NCBI RefSeq assembly: GCF_963921235.1
Contig: NC_086097.1
Location: 22,880,001 to 22,944,000, forward strand
DNA length: 64,000 bases
DNA from: Mobula hypostoma
Lineage: Eukaryota
Direction of reading: 5' to 3'
The stretch's first letter is position 1, and each line of letters starts with the position of its first letter. A program made the position numbers and the translations under genes. Shown here piece by piece: positions 50,040 to 62,228 of the stretch. The notes under the pieces were generated by a model. The model was not told the origin of the DNA and did not search any database. It saw nothing but the letters and a program-made list of their open reading frames with translations.

Positions 50040-52310
50040 AGTGTCCTACAGGGTAATTAACTACTGTACATACACCTGAGAAAGGTATTTCAACTCTCCC
50101 AAATCACTGTTGTAACCCCCTTCATTTGTACGTACACATTTTCCTCTTCTTAGAGTCATAGACCTACAGCTCAAAAACAGGCCCTTTGGCCCATCTAGTT
50201 TGTGCCAAGCTATTACTCTGACTGGTCCCACTGACCTGCATCCATGTTCCTATCCAAATTTCTCTAGAGTTGAAATTGAATCCACATCCACCACCTCTGC
50301 TGCCATCTGGTTCTACTCTCTCATCACACTCTTGAGTTCCCTCTCATTTTCTTCTTCAACGTTTCACCTTTCACCCTTAACCTATGATCTCTTGTTATAG
50401 TCTCACTCAACCTCGGTGAAAAACTGTTTGCATTTACCTTATCTACATCCTTCATAATTTTGTATATCTCTATCAAATCTCCCCTCAGTCTCCTTCGGTC
50501 TAGGAATAAAGTCTGAAACTACTCAACCTTTCCCTATAACTCAGGTTCCTCAAGTCCTAGCGACATTGTTGTAAATTTTCTCTACACTCTGTCAATTTTT
50601 TTGATATCTTCCTTGAAGGTGGGTGACCAGAACAGCACCCAACACTCCAAATTTGGCCTCACCAATGTCTTATACAACTTCAGTATAACATCCCAAATCT
50701 TGTACTCAGTACTTTGATTTATGAAAGTCAATGTGCCAAAAGCTCTCTTTAAGACCCTATCTATCTGTGCCACCACTTTCAAGGAATTCTGGATCTGTAT
50801 TCCCAGATGCCTTTGCTCTACCACACTTCTCAGTGCCCTACTGTTAACTGTATAAGTCCTAACCTGGTTGGTCCTCCCAAAGTGCATCTCCTCACAATTG
50901 TTGGCATCAAATCCCATCTATTATTTCTCAACCCATTTTTCCAGCTGATCCAAATCCCTCTGCAAGCTTTGATAGCCTTCCTCATTGTCCACTACAACCC
51001 CAATGTCATCCACAGATCTGCTGATCCGCTTTACCACATTATCATCCAGATTGTTGATATAGATGACAAACATCAACGGACCCAGCACCTAGCCCGTGGC
51101 ACTCCACTAGTCACAGGCCTCCAGTCAGAAAAGAAACCACCTACTACCACTCCCTGGTTTCTCCCACAAAGCCAATGTCCAATCCAATTTGGTGTCCTGT
51201 AGAATAATTAATTACTGTAAATACACGTGAAAAGGATATTTCAGATCTTTTGAATCACTGATACAACTCTCTTCTTTTGTACACACACATTTTCCCCTTA
51301 GAGTCATAGAGTATCATAGCACAGAAACAGGCCCTTTGGCCCATCTAGTCAGTGCTGATCTAATTCTCTGACTAGTCCCATGGACCTGCATCCATGTATC
51401 TATCCAAATTTCTCCAAAGAGTTGAAATCTAATCTGCATCCACCACTTCCACTGGCATCTCATTCCATACTCATACCGCCCTTTGAGTGACAAGGTTCCC
51501 TCTCATGTTCTCCTTAAACATTTCACCTTTCACCCTTAAACCATGACTTCTCATTCTAGTCTCACCCAACGTAATTGGAAAAAAGTTGCTTGCATTTATC
51601 CTATCTCTACCCCTCATAATCTGGTATACCCCTATCAAATCTCCTCTCATTCTCCTTTGCTCTCGGGAATGAAGTCTCAACCTATTCACACTTTCCCTAT
51701 ATCTCAGGTCCTCAATTCCCGGCAGCATCCTTGTAAATTTTCTCTGCAGTCTGTCAATTTTATTGATAACTTTCCTATAGGCAGGTGATCAGAACAACAC
51801 ACGATGCTTCAAATTTGGCCAATGTTTTATACAACTTCAACATTACATCCCATCTCCTGAAATCAATACTTTGATTAATGAAAACCAAAATGTCAAAAGC
51901 TCTCTTTGCAACCCTATATACCTGTGCCACCACTTTCAATGAATTATGGACCTGTATTCCCAGATCCCTTTGTTCTAGCACACTCCTCTGTGCCCTCGCA
52001 CACACTGTGTAAGACCTACCCTGGTTGGTCCTCCCAAAGTGCAACACCTCACACTTGTCTCCATTAAATTCCATCTGCCATTTTTCAGTCCATTTTTCCA
52101 GCTGGTCCAAATCCCACTGCAAGCTTTGATAGCCTTCCTCGCTGTCTACTAAACCCCAGTCTTGGTGTCATCTGCAAATTGGCTTATCCAGTATACCAGA
52201 TTATCATCCAGATTGTCGGTATAGATGTCAAGCAACAATGGACCCAGCACGGATCGCAATGACACTCCACTAGTCACAGGCATCCTGTCAGAGAGACAAA
52301 CACCCACTAT
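50040..52310 (-). repeat. Old ~1.15-kb tandem duplication, each unit being unique flank plus CR1 fragment
   Basis: Units start at ~50041 and ~51192 (gtgtcct...taattaa.tactgta.atacac); CR1 ORF remnants 50582..50917, 51471..51728, 51775..52122, 52149..52463. Confidence 0.85.
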
Positions 52311-52553
52311 CAAGATGCTCTTAGGCAACCTATCTGGGTCGAATGAAACATGGAGTGAGTAAATTAGTTTAAAGTGGAAATAGTGTATTGTTTGGTAGTC
52401 CAGTGCTTTGAGAGGTAAACTATAGTTGTCCATGTCTTTATGTTCTAGAAGATGAGTAATCATTGCAGCTTAACTGTGTAGTTTAAATAATTATTGTCAT
52501 ATACTTACAGAGTGCATTCCAAATCTCCTGTGCCAAATTCATAATTATAATTT

Positions 52554-53075
52554 GACATCCTTGCCATAGAGGGAGTACAAAGAAAGTACAAAGATTGATT
52601 CCTGGGATGGCAGGACTTTCATATGAAGAAAGACTGGATGAACTGGGCTTGTACTCGTTGGAATTTAGAAGATTGAGGGGGGATCTGATTGAAACGTATA
52701 AAATCCTAAAGGGATTGGACAGGCTAGATGCAGGAAGATTGTTCCCGATGTTGGGGAAGTCCAGAACGAGGGGTCACAGTTTGAGGATAAAGGGGAAGCC
52801 TTTTAGGACCGAGATTAGGAAAAACTTCTCCACACAGAGAGTGGTGAATCTGTGGAATTCTCTGCCACAGGAAACAGTTGAGGCCAGTTCATTGGCTATA
52901 TTTAAGAGGGAGTTAGATATGGTCCTTGTGGCTACGGGGATCAGGGGGTATGGAGGGAAGGCTGGGGCAGGGTTCTGAGTTGGATGATCAGCCATGATCA
53001 TAATAAATGGCGGTGCAGGCTCGAAGGGCTTAATGGCCTACTCCTGCACCTATTTTCTATGTTTCTATGTTTCTA
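52554..53075 (+). mobile_element. Young CR1 LINE, same subfamily as 33577-34342
   Basis: ORF 52595..52978 nearly identical in protein sequence; same (tttctatg)n tail. Confidence 0.95.
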
Positions 53076-54695
53076 TAACACGAAATGATGGTGGCACAGT
53101 AAGTCACAGAGTCATAGAATCATATGACTCTATGACTAAGACAATCAGTTCCAAATCTTCTGCTCAAAAGTTATAATTATTTTCCATTCTTGGAACCTGC
53201 CTCTCACAGAAGGCAGACATTGCTGGTGAAATAGATGGCTGCCTCCGGTATAACCTTTGGCCCGTCTGAGAAAAGCGTGTTCAAGCATCATCGCCTCAAA
53301 CCCGGCAGCAATTTCACGGTCTACACTGAAGTAGTACGTGTAATGTGCTTTTCTTGTGTAGCTTGTGCTGAATATTTCAAAGAAACAAAGGGGAGATAAA
53401 TTAATATAATTGCACATTTAAACATTCCTTGTATGCAGATTAAATGCCATGTCTCAGAAAAAAATAATATTCATGAAGAGGAAATGTCAAGTGTAAATTT
53501 ATTACAGAATGGTTTCATATTTCATAATATATGTCAGAAGTGTGACTTAATTAATACATTAATATAGCCCACTTTGCATACACAAATGCTGCATGAAAAG
53601 CTTTTATAACCATCATGAAACCTAAATCTAGAATCTAACATTTATAGAGCTCTGATGGCTAATCATGCTTTTTAGTAGAAACTATGCTTCTGTGGATAGG
53701 GAATTGCCAAGGATTATACTTCATCGTTTGTCTCCTTGGAATTAGATGGTACCCCACAGCAGCTGTAGCAAAGTTCTCCCACAAGTTAACAAGGAGGCAA
53801 TGCTGGGGAGACTCAGCAGGTCAGACAGCGTGTTTGGAGAGAGATAAACAATCAACATTTTGGGCAGAGACCTTTCATCAGGTCTGAAGGAGCCACTAGA
53901 GATAGACGTTGGAGATGTCATTATGAGGTATGTCCACATTCTGCAGGCCAATGAAAACATATTAAACAATTTTTTTTCACTTTGGTTGGGTGGGACTACA
54001 ACTAGAGGTTATGGGTTAAGGATGAAAGGTGAAAAATTTAAGGGGAACATGAGCAGAAACTTCTTCACTCAGAGGGTCGTGACAGTGTGGAACGAGCTGG
54101 TAGCACATTTGTGAGAGTGACTGGACAGTCTAGTTTCCTGCACTAAAAAATTATCTTCAAAATAAAAGACCTACATTGACTATAAAGCCTTTTAGGGATG
54201 TTCTGAAAATAATATAAAATGTGAACTAAAAAGCAGATTGCTTTTTTAGCTTGTGATCACTGGTAGGATTTTTAATGTCTATATGTCAGTGCTTTGGAAT
54301 TCCTTTGTTCAGTTCCTCCTTCTTTTACTTCAACCTAAAAACTTTTCCTAAGCCTAAATCTTTTGCAAATGTCCTGGTCATTCTCTCCCAACTTTTTCCC
54401 AGTCCTTTTCCTGTCATCACTCCTTTCTGTTGTGATGTCCTTAAAATATTTAGTAATACCGAAAATACGAATACGGGTAGTAATGTGTGGTTTTGTGGAA
54501 TCGATGCATAGACATTTAACTTTTTGATAGCTTTTCCAAGCATTATAATATTTACATTTTGCAATGATGGTAAAGAATGTATCATGATGATTAAATTATA
54601 TCACCTTCCTGTGGCTGTTTTGAATCAATGGGATTATACACATTTAGTTTATAATTTAACATAATAGAACTTCAAAAGGAGATAATTATTGTAAC

Positions 54696-54923
54696 TGTGG
54701 TAAACCATATATATGTTGTAACTGGGTTACCTGTCTGGACACACCCCTCTGCTGACTGCCTCTGTGGCTCCTCCCACAGAGCCCTGAATAAAGGTGATTT
54801 CACCTTGCCCCTCCCCCTCAGTCCAGGGGCAGACACTCAGCATGGAGGTCGTATTTTACTGCGAATAAAAGCCTTTCAGTATTTACCCTACTTCAGTCTT
54901 TTGGAGTTATTGAAGGTGCTTCA
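54696..54923 (+). mobile_element. Solo LTR (Gypsy-type), 228 bp
   Basis: TG...CA termini, AATAAA, perfect 5-bp TSD GTAAC (54691-95, 54924-28). Confidence 0.88.
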
Positions 54924-55224
54924 GTAACCCCTGATCATTCATTGGGCTCTTCAATCGGAATGATGACTTGCAATTCCTGCTTATATCTCCTTGCAGAGAA
55001 TGTCAGTTATCCACAATATTCAAAACATGTTGAGGCTCAGGTAGAGTTCTTTCACTTGGGCTTCCAATTGCACTCTGTTGATGGAACCAAATATGAGATA
55101 AGGTATTCAACAAGTCAAGAATTGTGAGCATTAGTTCCAGACAAAATAAGCTGAAGAGGAAGTACTCTGGTATAAGTTGGCAAGTAAAACTTAAATTTTA
55201 GTTCATTAAATTTATTTTAGAAAG

Positions 55225-55790
55225 TTAGATACTTTATTGATCCCAAAGGAAATTACAGTGTCACAGTAGAATTGCAAGTGCACAGATATACAAATATTAG
55301 AAGAGAAGTAAGAAAGAATTTTTAAAAAGTTACCTCGAACAGTCTAACAGGAGGGGGTTTTCATTTCCCGGCTATAGGCTAACTCATTATAGAACCTAAT
55401 GGCCAATGGTAAGAATGACCTCATATACTGCTCTTTGAAGTAGTGCTTAGTCTATTACTAAAATTGCTCCTCTGTTCAGCCAAGGTAGCATGCCGAGGCT
55501 GAGAAACATAGTTCAGAATTTCCTGGATTATTTGCACGGTCCTTTGTTCTATCACAGCCTCCAGTTTGTCCAGTTCTGCTGATGATGCAGTTTGCTCCAT
55601 TTGATAAAGTACTCCATCAGGACCTTTCCTCCTATACTCATCCTCCTGTCCTCCCTTTATACACTTAACTATTGCTGAGTCATCAGAGAATTTCTGCAGA
55701 TGACACGACTCAATGTTGTATCTAAAGTCCAGGTATACAGGGTGAACAAGAAGGGAGCCAGTACAGTCCCCTGTGGGTCCCAGTGCTGTT
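55225..55790 (-). mobile_element. Rex1/Babar-type LINE fragment
   Basis: 'PQGTVLAPFLFTLYT', 'CHLQKFSDDSAIV'; tail with 'tttcctttgggatcaataaagtatct'. Confidence 0.85.
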
Positions 55791-56169
55791 TATAGCCATA
55801 TCTGACACACAGCTCAGTAGATAATTTTGTTAGTTCTGAGTTTTTAGAAAATCTTATGCTTACCCTCTGTTCTTTAGTGCCCACAATTCCACCAAATATT
55901 TGCTCAAACTAATTTACAATGGGGATGAAAGGCAGATTTTGGACAAAATAATCTGGATGAAAGATATTGCTTTGTCTTTAATGTTACCCACTCAGTCTGT
56001 GAGGCAAGGTTTGTCACTGTTGACTTACTGACAGCAGTATTTATAGCTATTTTCTAGTAAGTCTTATTGAGTCACGATCAGAAGCCAAATTATTTCTAAT
56101 TATCTAATCCCATTCTCAGTACTGAGTCCACTTTAGAACCACAAACCAAACTGGTCCAGACACATGACA

Positions 56170-56768
56170 TGAGCACAGGAGATAGGATGTTATGTTGAAG
56201 TTGTATGAGACATTGGTGAGGCTGAATTTGGAGCACTATGTGCAGTTTTAGTCAGCTACCTACAGGAAAGATATAAATAAGGTTGAAAAAGTACAGCAAA
56301 AATTTACAAGGATGTTACCAGGTCTGGAGGAGCTGAGTTATAAGGATTTAATGGTTTAGGACTGTATTATTTAGAGCATAGAAGACTGAGAGGCGATTTG
56401 ATAGAGGTATACAAAATTATGAGGGGTATAGATAGGGTAAATGCAAGCAGTTTTTTTCCCGCCGAATTTGGATGGGACTAAAACCAAAAGTCATGGGTTA
56501 AGGGTGAAAGGTGAGAAGTTTAAAGGGAGCATGAGGGGAAACTTCTTCACTGAGGGTGTGGAATGACCTGCCAGCACAAGAGGTGCATGCTAGCTTGATT
56601 TCAACGTAAGGGAAGTTTCAATAGATACACAGATGGTAGGGCTATGGAAGGCTATGGTCTCGGTGCAGGTTGATGGGAGTGGGCAGTCTAAATGGTTTAA
56701 CATAGACTAGATGGGCTAAAGGGCCTGTTCTGTGCTATATTTTTCTTTGACTCTATGACTCTATGACA
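56170..56768 (+). mobile_element. CR1 LINE 3' fragment
   Basis: LYETLVRLNLEHYVQF remnant; (gactctat)n tail. Confidence 0.85.
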
Positions 56769-57367
56769 CATTAATGCTTTACCTTTAAGAACAAGTCAGA
56801 AACTCAGTATTTCCTGTTAAGTAATCTGTAGCTTGATTCTCCCAACTTTATCATTGAGTCAAAAGTAGATTGGAATGCTCTTAACTTTCCTGAAAGAGTG
56901 CAGTTCCAACAAGATACAGTCAAGAAAACGCTCAACATAATCCAAGCCATTTTAGTTAATTAGCGTACCATCCACCATTGTAAACATTAATTCTGTGCAC
57001 TACCTGCATGCCATGACTATGGTCTATTAGTTGGAAGATAATTTGCAATGTCTTTGTAAATATTATTTGAAACATCATCCGTACCAGTGACCTACCTTGT
57101 GGAGTACATGGACAATAGATGAAAGGGAACTCAATACCCAGTAAGTTTGCTTTGATTGCCAAGGATCAAAATCTTGTGTAACCGTGGGTGTTCACTCGGA
57201 ACGTGACGGCATTGTTTAAGATCATTTAGAGATGACAGAAGAATAAAAAAAATTCTGAGCAGGGTAAACTAACCAAGTCTTGAGAAACAAAAATAAATTG
57301 ATTAAACAAACATATGTTACATTCAATCATTAAGTCAACTGAAAAGCTGAGTTTATTTTCATTGACT

Positions 57368-57645
57368 AACAGACACGAAATGCTGTAGGAATTCCACAGG
57401 TCAGGCAGTATCTATGGAGGGGAATAAACAGTCGACGTGTCAGGCCAAGACCCTGGTTTAAGAGCAACACACACAAAATACTGGAGGAACTCAGCAGGTC
57501 GACAGCATCAATGGAAAAGAATAAACAGCCAATTCTCGGCACAAAACATCAACTATCCATAGATGCTGTCTGACCTGCTGAGTTCCTCCAGCATTTTCTG
57601 TGTGTTGCTTTGGATTCCAGCAACTGCAGACTTTCTCACGTTTAC
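57368..57645. mobile_element. Penelope-derived element: two minus pLTR pieces then one plus piece
   Basis: Repeated 'ggaggaactcagcagg' with inverse 'cctgctgagttcctcc'. Confidence 0.75.
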
Positions 57646-58147
57646 CCTGATTAAAGACTTAGGCTGTTTTTTTGTCATTCTTCAGTATGTGAGTGAAAAG
57701 GAGAATTCTATATCAGATGCAGCATTAAAAAAGCACAATAAACATAAAGAACACAATAAAAAAATATAAAAATAAAACACAGTAAAGATAAATACAGTAG
57801 CAATCGTATAAAACACAATTTGCAATAAATGTTATATATCCAGGAGATCCCAACCTAGGGTCTATGGATCCTTTGGTTAATGGTAGAACTCCATGGCATA
57901 ACAAAGGTTGAGAACCTCTGGTCTAAACTGACTGTACATGCAACCTCAACGAGAAATGTTAAATGTTGATTCCCCTCCCATAGATGCTGCTTGACTTGTT
58001 GAGTTCCTCCAGCATTTTGTGTGCGTTGCTCCATATTTCAAGGATCTTCAGAATCTCTTCGATTATTTATTTTCATTACACTTAAACATTTAATTGATGC
58101 ACAGTCTAACAAATTTATTTTGTGAAAATCTATCTAACTTTAAATAG

Positions 58148-58495
58148 GGAGCCATGGTAGCATAGTGGTTCGTGTGGGACTATTACAACTTGAGGTGTTA
58201 GAGTTCAAAGTTCAATTCTTGCTCCACATAAAAGGAATTTGTTCGTCCTCCCTGTGAACATGTGAGTTTTCTCCAGATGCTCTGGAGTCCTCCCACATAC
58301 CAAATACATACTGATTAATACAGGGTTCCCAACGTCAGGGGCCACGGACTCCTTGCTTAACGGCATTGGTTCATGGCATTAAAGAAGTAGGTTAATTGGT
58401 CATTGTGAATTGTCCCATGTTTAGGCTACAGTTAAATAGGTAGGTTGCTGAGTGGTGCAGCTCGTTGGGGCAGAAGAGGCTGCTCTGTGTAAATA
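58148..58495 (+). mobile_element. V-SINE with nested hAT MITE
   Basis: 'ggtagcatagtggtt' head, V-domain and degenerate (taga)n tail. Confidence 0.75.
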
Positions 58496-58848
58496 GGTAG
58501 ATAGACAGATTGATAGTCGGTAGATGCTGTTGCTAGACATACACCTTTGATCATCCTAGTCACGTATTGATTCAAAACCATGAAGTGATTGTATTGAGTT
58601 ATTATATTGTCAGACAACTAGAAGTTCAGCATGAATTTCTTCAACTAATATAGTGGAATTTAATTCAGTCAATGATAATTTTATCAACTTATTCAGACAA
58701 GTTTATGAAATTATCAACGACTGAATTAGAAGACAACATCTAATTAGTTCAGGTAAATAGGATGAGCGCACGATTTTCAACTTTCATAATCTATTAGCGT
58801 GCCTGCATATCTGTGCTTTCTTAACATGGGAGGAATATATTTATCTAC

Positions 58849-58885
58849 ACTACACTTGATCTTAGCCAAAAGGCCGAGAAGCGAT
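58849..58885 (-). pseudogene. RNU2: U2 snRNA 5' fragment (nt 1-37), tailless retrocopy
   Basis: Minus strand ATCGCTTCTCGGCCTTTTGGCTAAGATCAAGTGTAGT is the vertebrate U2 5' end; flanked by ~17-bp direct repeats. Confidence 0.93.
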
Positions 58886-59419
58886 ATATATTTGTCTATA
58901 CTCGTCTTTGAATTTATTTAAAAATTTTCCTTCACAAACCACTGTTTACCAATTTTCTCACCTTTGCTCAAGTAGGTATAGATTCATGTTGCATAATGTT
59001 CCATGAGGTGTCACTACCTTCTGGTAAAGTACCAGAAGTGGTTTCTTTCAAGTGTAAGTCTCGAGACTTTGTCACTGAAACTTTACTACAGCCAAATCCA
59101 ATTCCTGTTCTCACTTGATCTCTAAGCACATATATTTTCTAAGGGGAAATAATAACCAATAAGATGAATCCAAAATAATATTTTATTTCTACCAGTTACA
59201 TCCTCCAGCTCTTCTATGTTTTCATGCCTAATTTACTCAGCTCAGAATTAGCATTGGATCAATATCAAAGCTGAGGTTTCAGATCCTAATGCTTACTGCA
59301 GAGAAATTAAGAATACACACAAATATATAGTCTTCTAAGTACATCGTCACGAGTCTAATTTCACATTTTACACCTTTGCAAGTCACATAAGCGCTGTTGA
59401 AGGATTAAAATGTCAACAA

Positions 59420-59595
59420 TGTGTTTGTCAATTTGCCCACAACAAGCTCTCTGTAATTTGATAAAGACTGGATAATATGTTTTAGTGATGTTGATTGAAT
59501 CATAAACATTGGCTACAACAACATAATGAAGTTGTCATACTCTTCTTTGAATAATGCACTGGGATTTTTACATCCACCTGAGAGAGCAGCCTAAA
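59420..59595 (-). mobile_element. DeuSINE (SacSINE1-like) fragment
   Basis: 'gttttagtgatgttgattga...aaacattggc...ctcttctttgaataatgc..tgggatttttacatccacctgagag' is the Deu domain on minus. Confidence 0.75.
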
Positions 59596-59949
59596 CTAAG
59601 TGTTTGCTGTAGTAAAGGTATTTTAAGGCTCAATTATTCAAGTACTTAATGAAAGAATATTACAGCATGGTACAGGCCCTTCAGGCCATGATGTCCTGCT
59701 GATCCTTTAGCCGATTCTGAGATCAGTCTAACCCTGCCCTTCCACATAGCCCTCCATTTTTCTATCATTCATGTGCCTAGCTAAGAGTCTTTTAGATGCC
59801 TCTAATGCAGGGGTTCCTAACCTTTTTTTACACCCTGGACCAATACCATTAAGCAAAGGGTCCATGAACCCCAGGTTGGGAACCCCTGTCTATATATCTG
59901 CCTCAACCAAAGCTTCTCGCAGTGCTTTCCGTGCACCCGCCACCCTCTG

Positions 59950-60212
59950 TGTAGAAAGCTCCAAGAAACTGTTGTGCATGAAGGTCCCAGGAGATCGGTA
60001 GTTTCTGAGATACTCAAACCACCCCATCTGGCACCAATAATCATTTGTTCTACAGTCAAAGTCACCTTGGTCACATTTCTTCCCCAGTCTTAAGTTTTGT
60101 CTGAATAACAACTGAACCCCTTGACCATGTCTGCATGCTCTTATGTATTGAGCTGATTAGATATTTGCATTAACGAGCAGGCATACAGGTAATAAAGTGG
60201 TCACTGATTGTA
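59950..60212 (-). mobile_element. Tc1 left-end fragment, same family as 15234-15747
   Basis: 'GKKCDQGDFDC', 'MIIGARWGGLSISETTDLLG'; TIR 'aataaagtggtcactgattg|ta'. Confidence 0.85.
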
Positions 60213-60494
60213 GGTAAGTGGACAGTGTACAATACTGTCCAGCCTGGAGTGGAAGACACGTGCATGGTTTAATGGTGGATTACAGTTCCCATGATAGTTT
60301 TGAAGAGTGGGCAGGCTAATTGATTTCAGACCCCTTGACTACAAGCCCCTTGATGTCTGAATGCTAAATCCATCACTGTTCTCATCCACACTGATTTACC
60401 TGGCTGAGGCAACTCCTACACCCATAGTGTTCTGCGATGGCGGAGGTTTAGTAGAGAATATTCGAATCACAGTTTTACTTTAACAGAGAAATCA

Positions 60495-60960
60495 GATGAG
60501 CTTTATCGATGAGCGTTATTTGTCACATACATCAAAACCTACAGTGAAACATTGTTTGTGTCAAATCAAAGCAGTGAAGATTGTACTGGGGCAGCCTGCA
60601 AGTGTCGCCATGCTTCCGGTGCCACCATGACATGCCCAGAACTCACCAACCTTAACTGCATGTCTTTGGACTGTGGGAGGAAACCCACTCGGTCAAGGGG
60701 TGAACAAGCTTTTCACTGTATCTCAGCACACCAAAACATTGCAATGAAATGTGTCATTTGCGTCAATGACCAACACAGCGCGAGATGTACTGGGAGCAGC
60801 GCACGTGTTTCAGCATGCTAACGGCACTGAAGTAGCATGCCCACAACTCACTAACCCTAATGTGTACGTCTCTGGAATGCTGGAGGAAACTGGAGCACCC
60901 AGGGCAATCCCACATGGTCACAGTGAGAATGTACAAACTCCTTACAAACAGTGGCTATCG
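60495..60960 (-). mobile_element. Two adjacent V-SINE 3' halves
   Basis: Repeated 'tgtactggg.gcagc', 'catgcccacaactcac' and V-domain. Confidence 0.7.
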
Positions 60961-62228
60961 TACCACTGTCGACATCAACAAATGTGGAATAAAATTTGTC
61001 TCAACAGTAATGAAATAGATGCAAATGTTATTTTTTTTTGCATCAGATGCATATTGCTGTTTTCCATATCTCAGAAAAATAATTTGGTTGAACTCCTAGG
61101 GACGTTCATTATTTATTACTCCAAATGTTTGAACTTAATTATGTCATCTTGCAGAACCTTTTAAACAGTCATAATTAGGAGCAATAATAATAATTGCCGT
61201 GGTTACAGATGTTCAATAAAACTGAGATGACATGCCTTCACTCGCATGCTCAGAGCGGGCACCAGGCAGCTGGCTTCTGGAGCGCCTGCTGTGGATGTCA
61301 TTTATTGTGGGATAGTGACCAAATACGGACTGGTGCTATGTAATAAAAATCTAAAAACATTCGACACTATAGCACTCTATTGCAGGAAGTAATTTGGGGA
61401 ATGTGGCAGTGATTTTGTACCCGTCAGTGTAATAATAAGGATGATGCTATCCCAAAGCACTATATAATTTGTACTCTCTGGATGAATAAAAATCGGTAAT
61501 GCAAGAGAACAAAACATGAAATGAATTCCACAACAAATTAACTGGACCATTTTCTTCCATAACAGAGATATATTTGTGGTTCGTCTTTCCCTGCCTTGGT
61601 TTTCTAAAAGGGCTTGGTGTGTCAAACTTCAAAGTAAATTTATTATCATAGCACATATACGTCACCATATCCAACCCCTAAGATTCATTTTCTTGCAGGC
61701 ATACTCAATAAATCCCTAGTAGAATAATAACCATAGTGGAACACCACACCAACATGGGCATACAACCTGTGTACAAAAGCCAATAAACTGCAAATACAGA
61801 AAGAAAGAAATAATAATAATAATAATAAATAAATAAGCAATAAATATTGAGACCATGAGATGAACAGTCCTTGAAAATCCATAGGTTGTTGAGACTTTTT
61901 TTACGTGCCCATGGTCTGTTCTTTATCAAATTACGGTATTGCTTTGCTTTGCACTGTTGTAACTATATGTTATAATTATGTGGTTTTTGTCAGTTTTTCA
62001 GTCTTGGTTTGTCTCGTGTTTCTGTGATATCATTCTGGAGGAACATTGTATCATTTCTTAATTCATGCATTACTAAATGACAGTAAAAGAGGACTGCGTG
62101 TCCTCATAATCTAATCTAATTTCAGTGAACGGGTGAGTGAAGTTGAGTGAAGTTATCCCATTTGGTTCAAGAGCCTGATGGTTGAGGGGTAATAACTGTT
62201 CCTGAAAGTATGTTTATGTAACCATATA

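Larger units (their letters stand above)
57841..59888. mobile_element. Three ~80-bp hAT-type MITEs (57841-57920, 58321-58387, 59808-59888)
   Basis: CAGGGGTTCC(C/T)AACC...GGTTGGGAACCCCTG TIRs with a shared interior. Confidence 0.75.

Noticed and set aside
56945..57235. Series of short hairpins in unique sequence
   Set aside because: AT-rich with G-U-dependent short stems; no shared motif with the other hairpin segments.
58849..58885. Functional U2 gene, or U2 interrupted by a Keno/Utopia element
   Set aside because: Only 37 nt with no PSE or Sm site and no retrotransposon adjoining the truncation; flanking TSDs favour a retrocopy.
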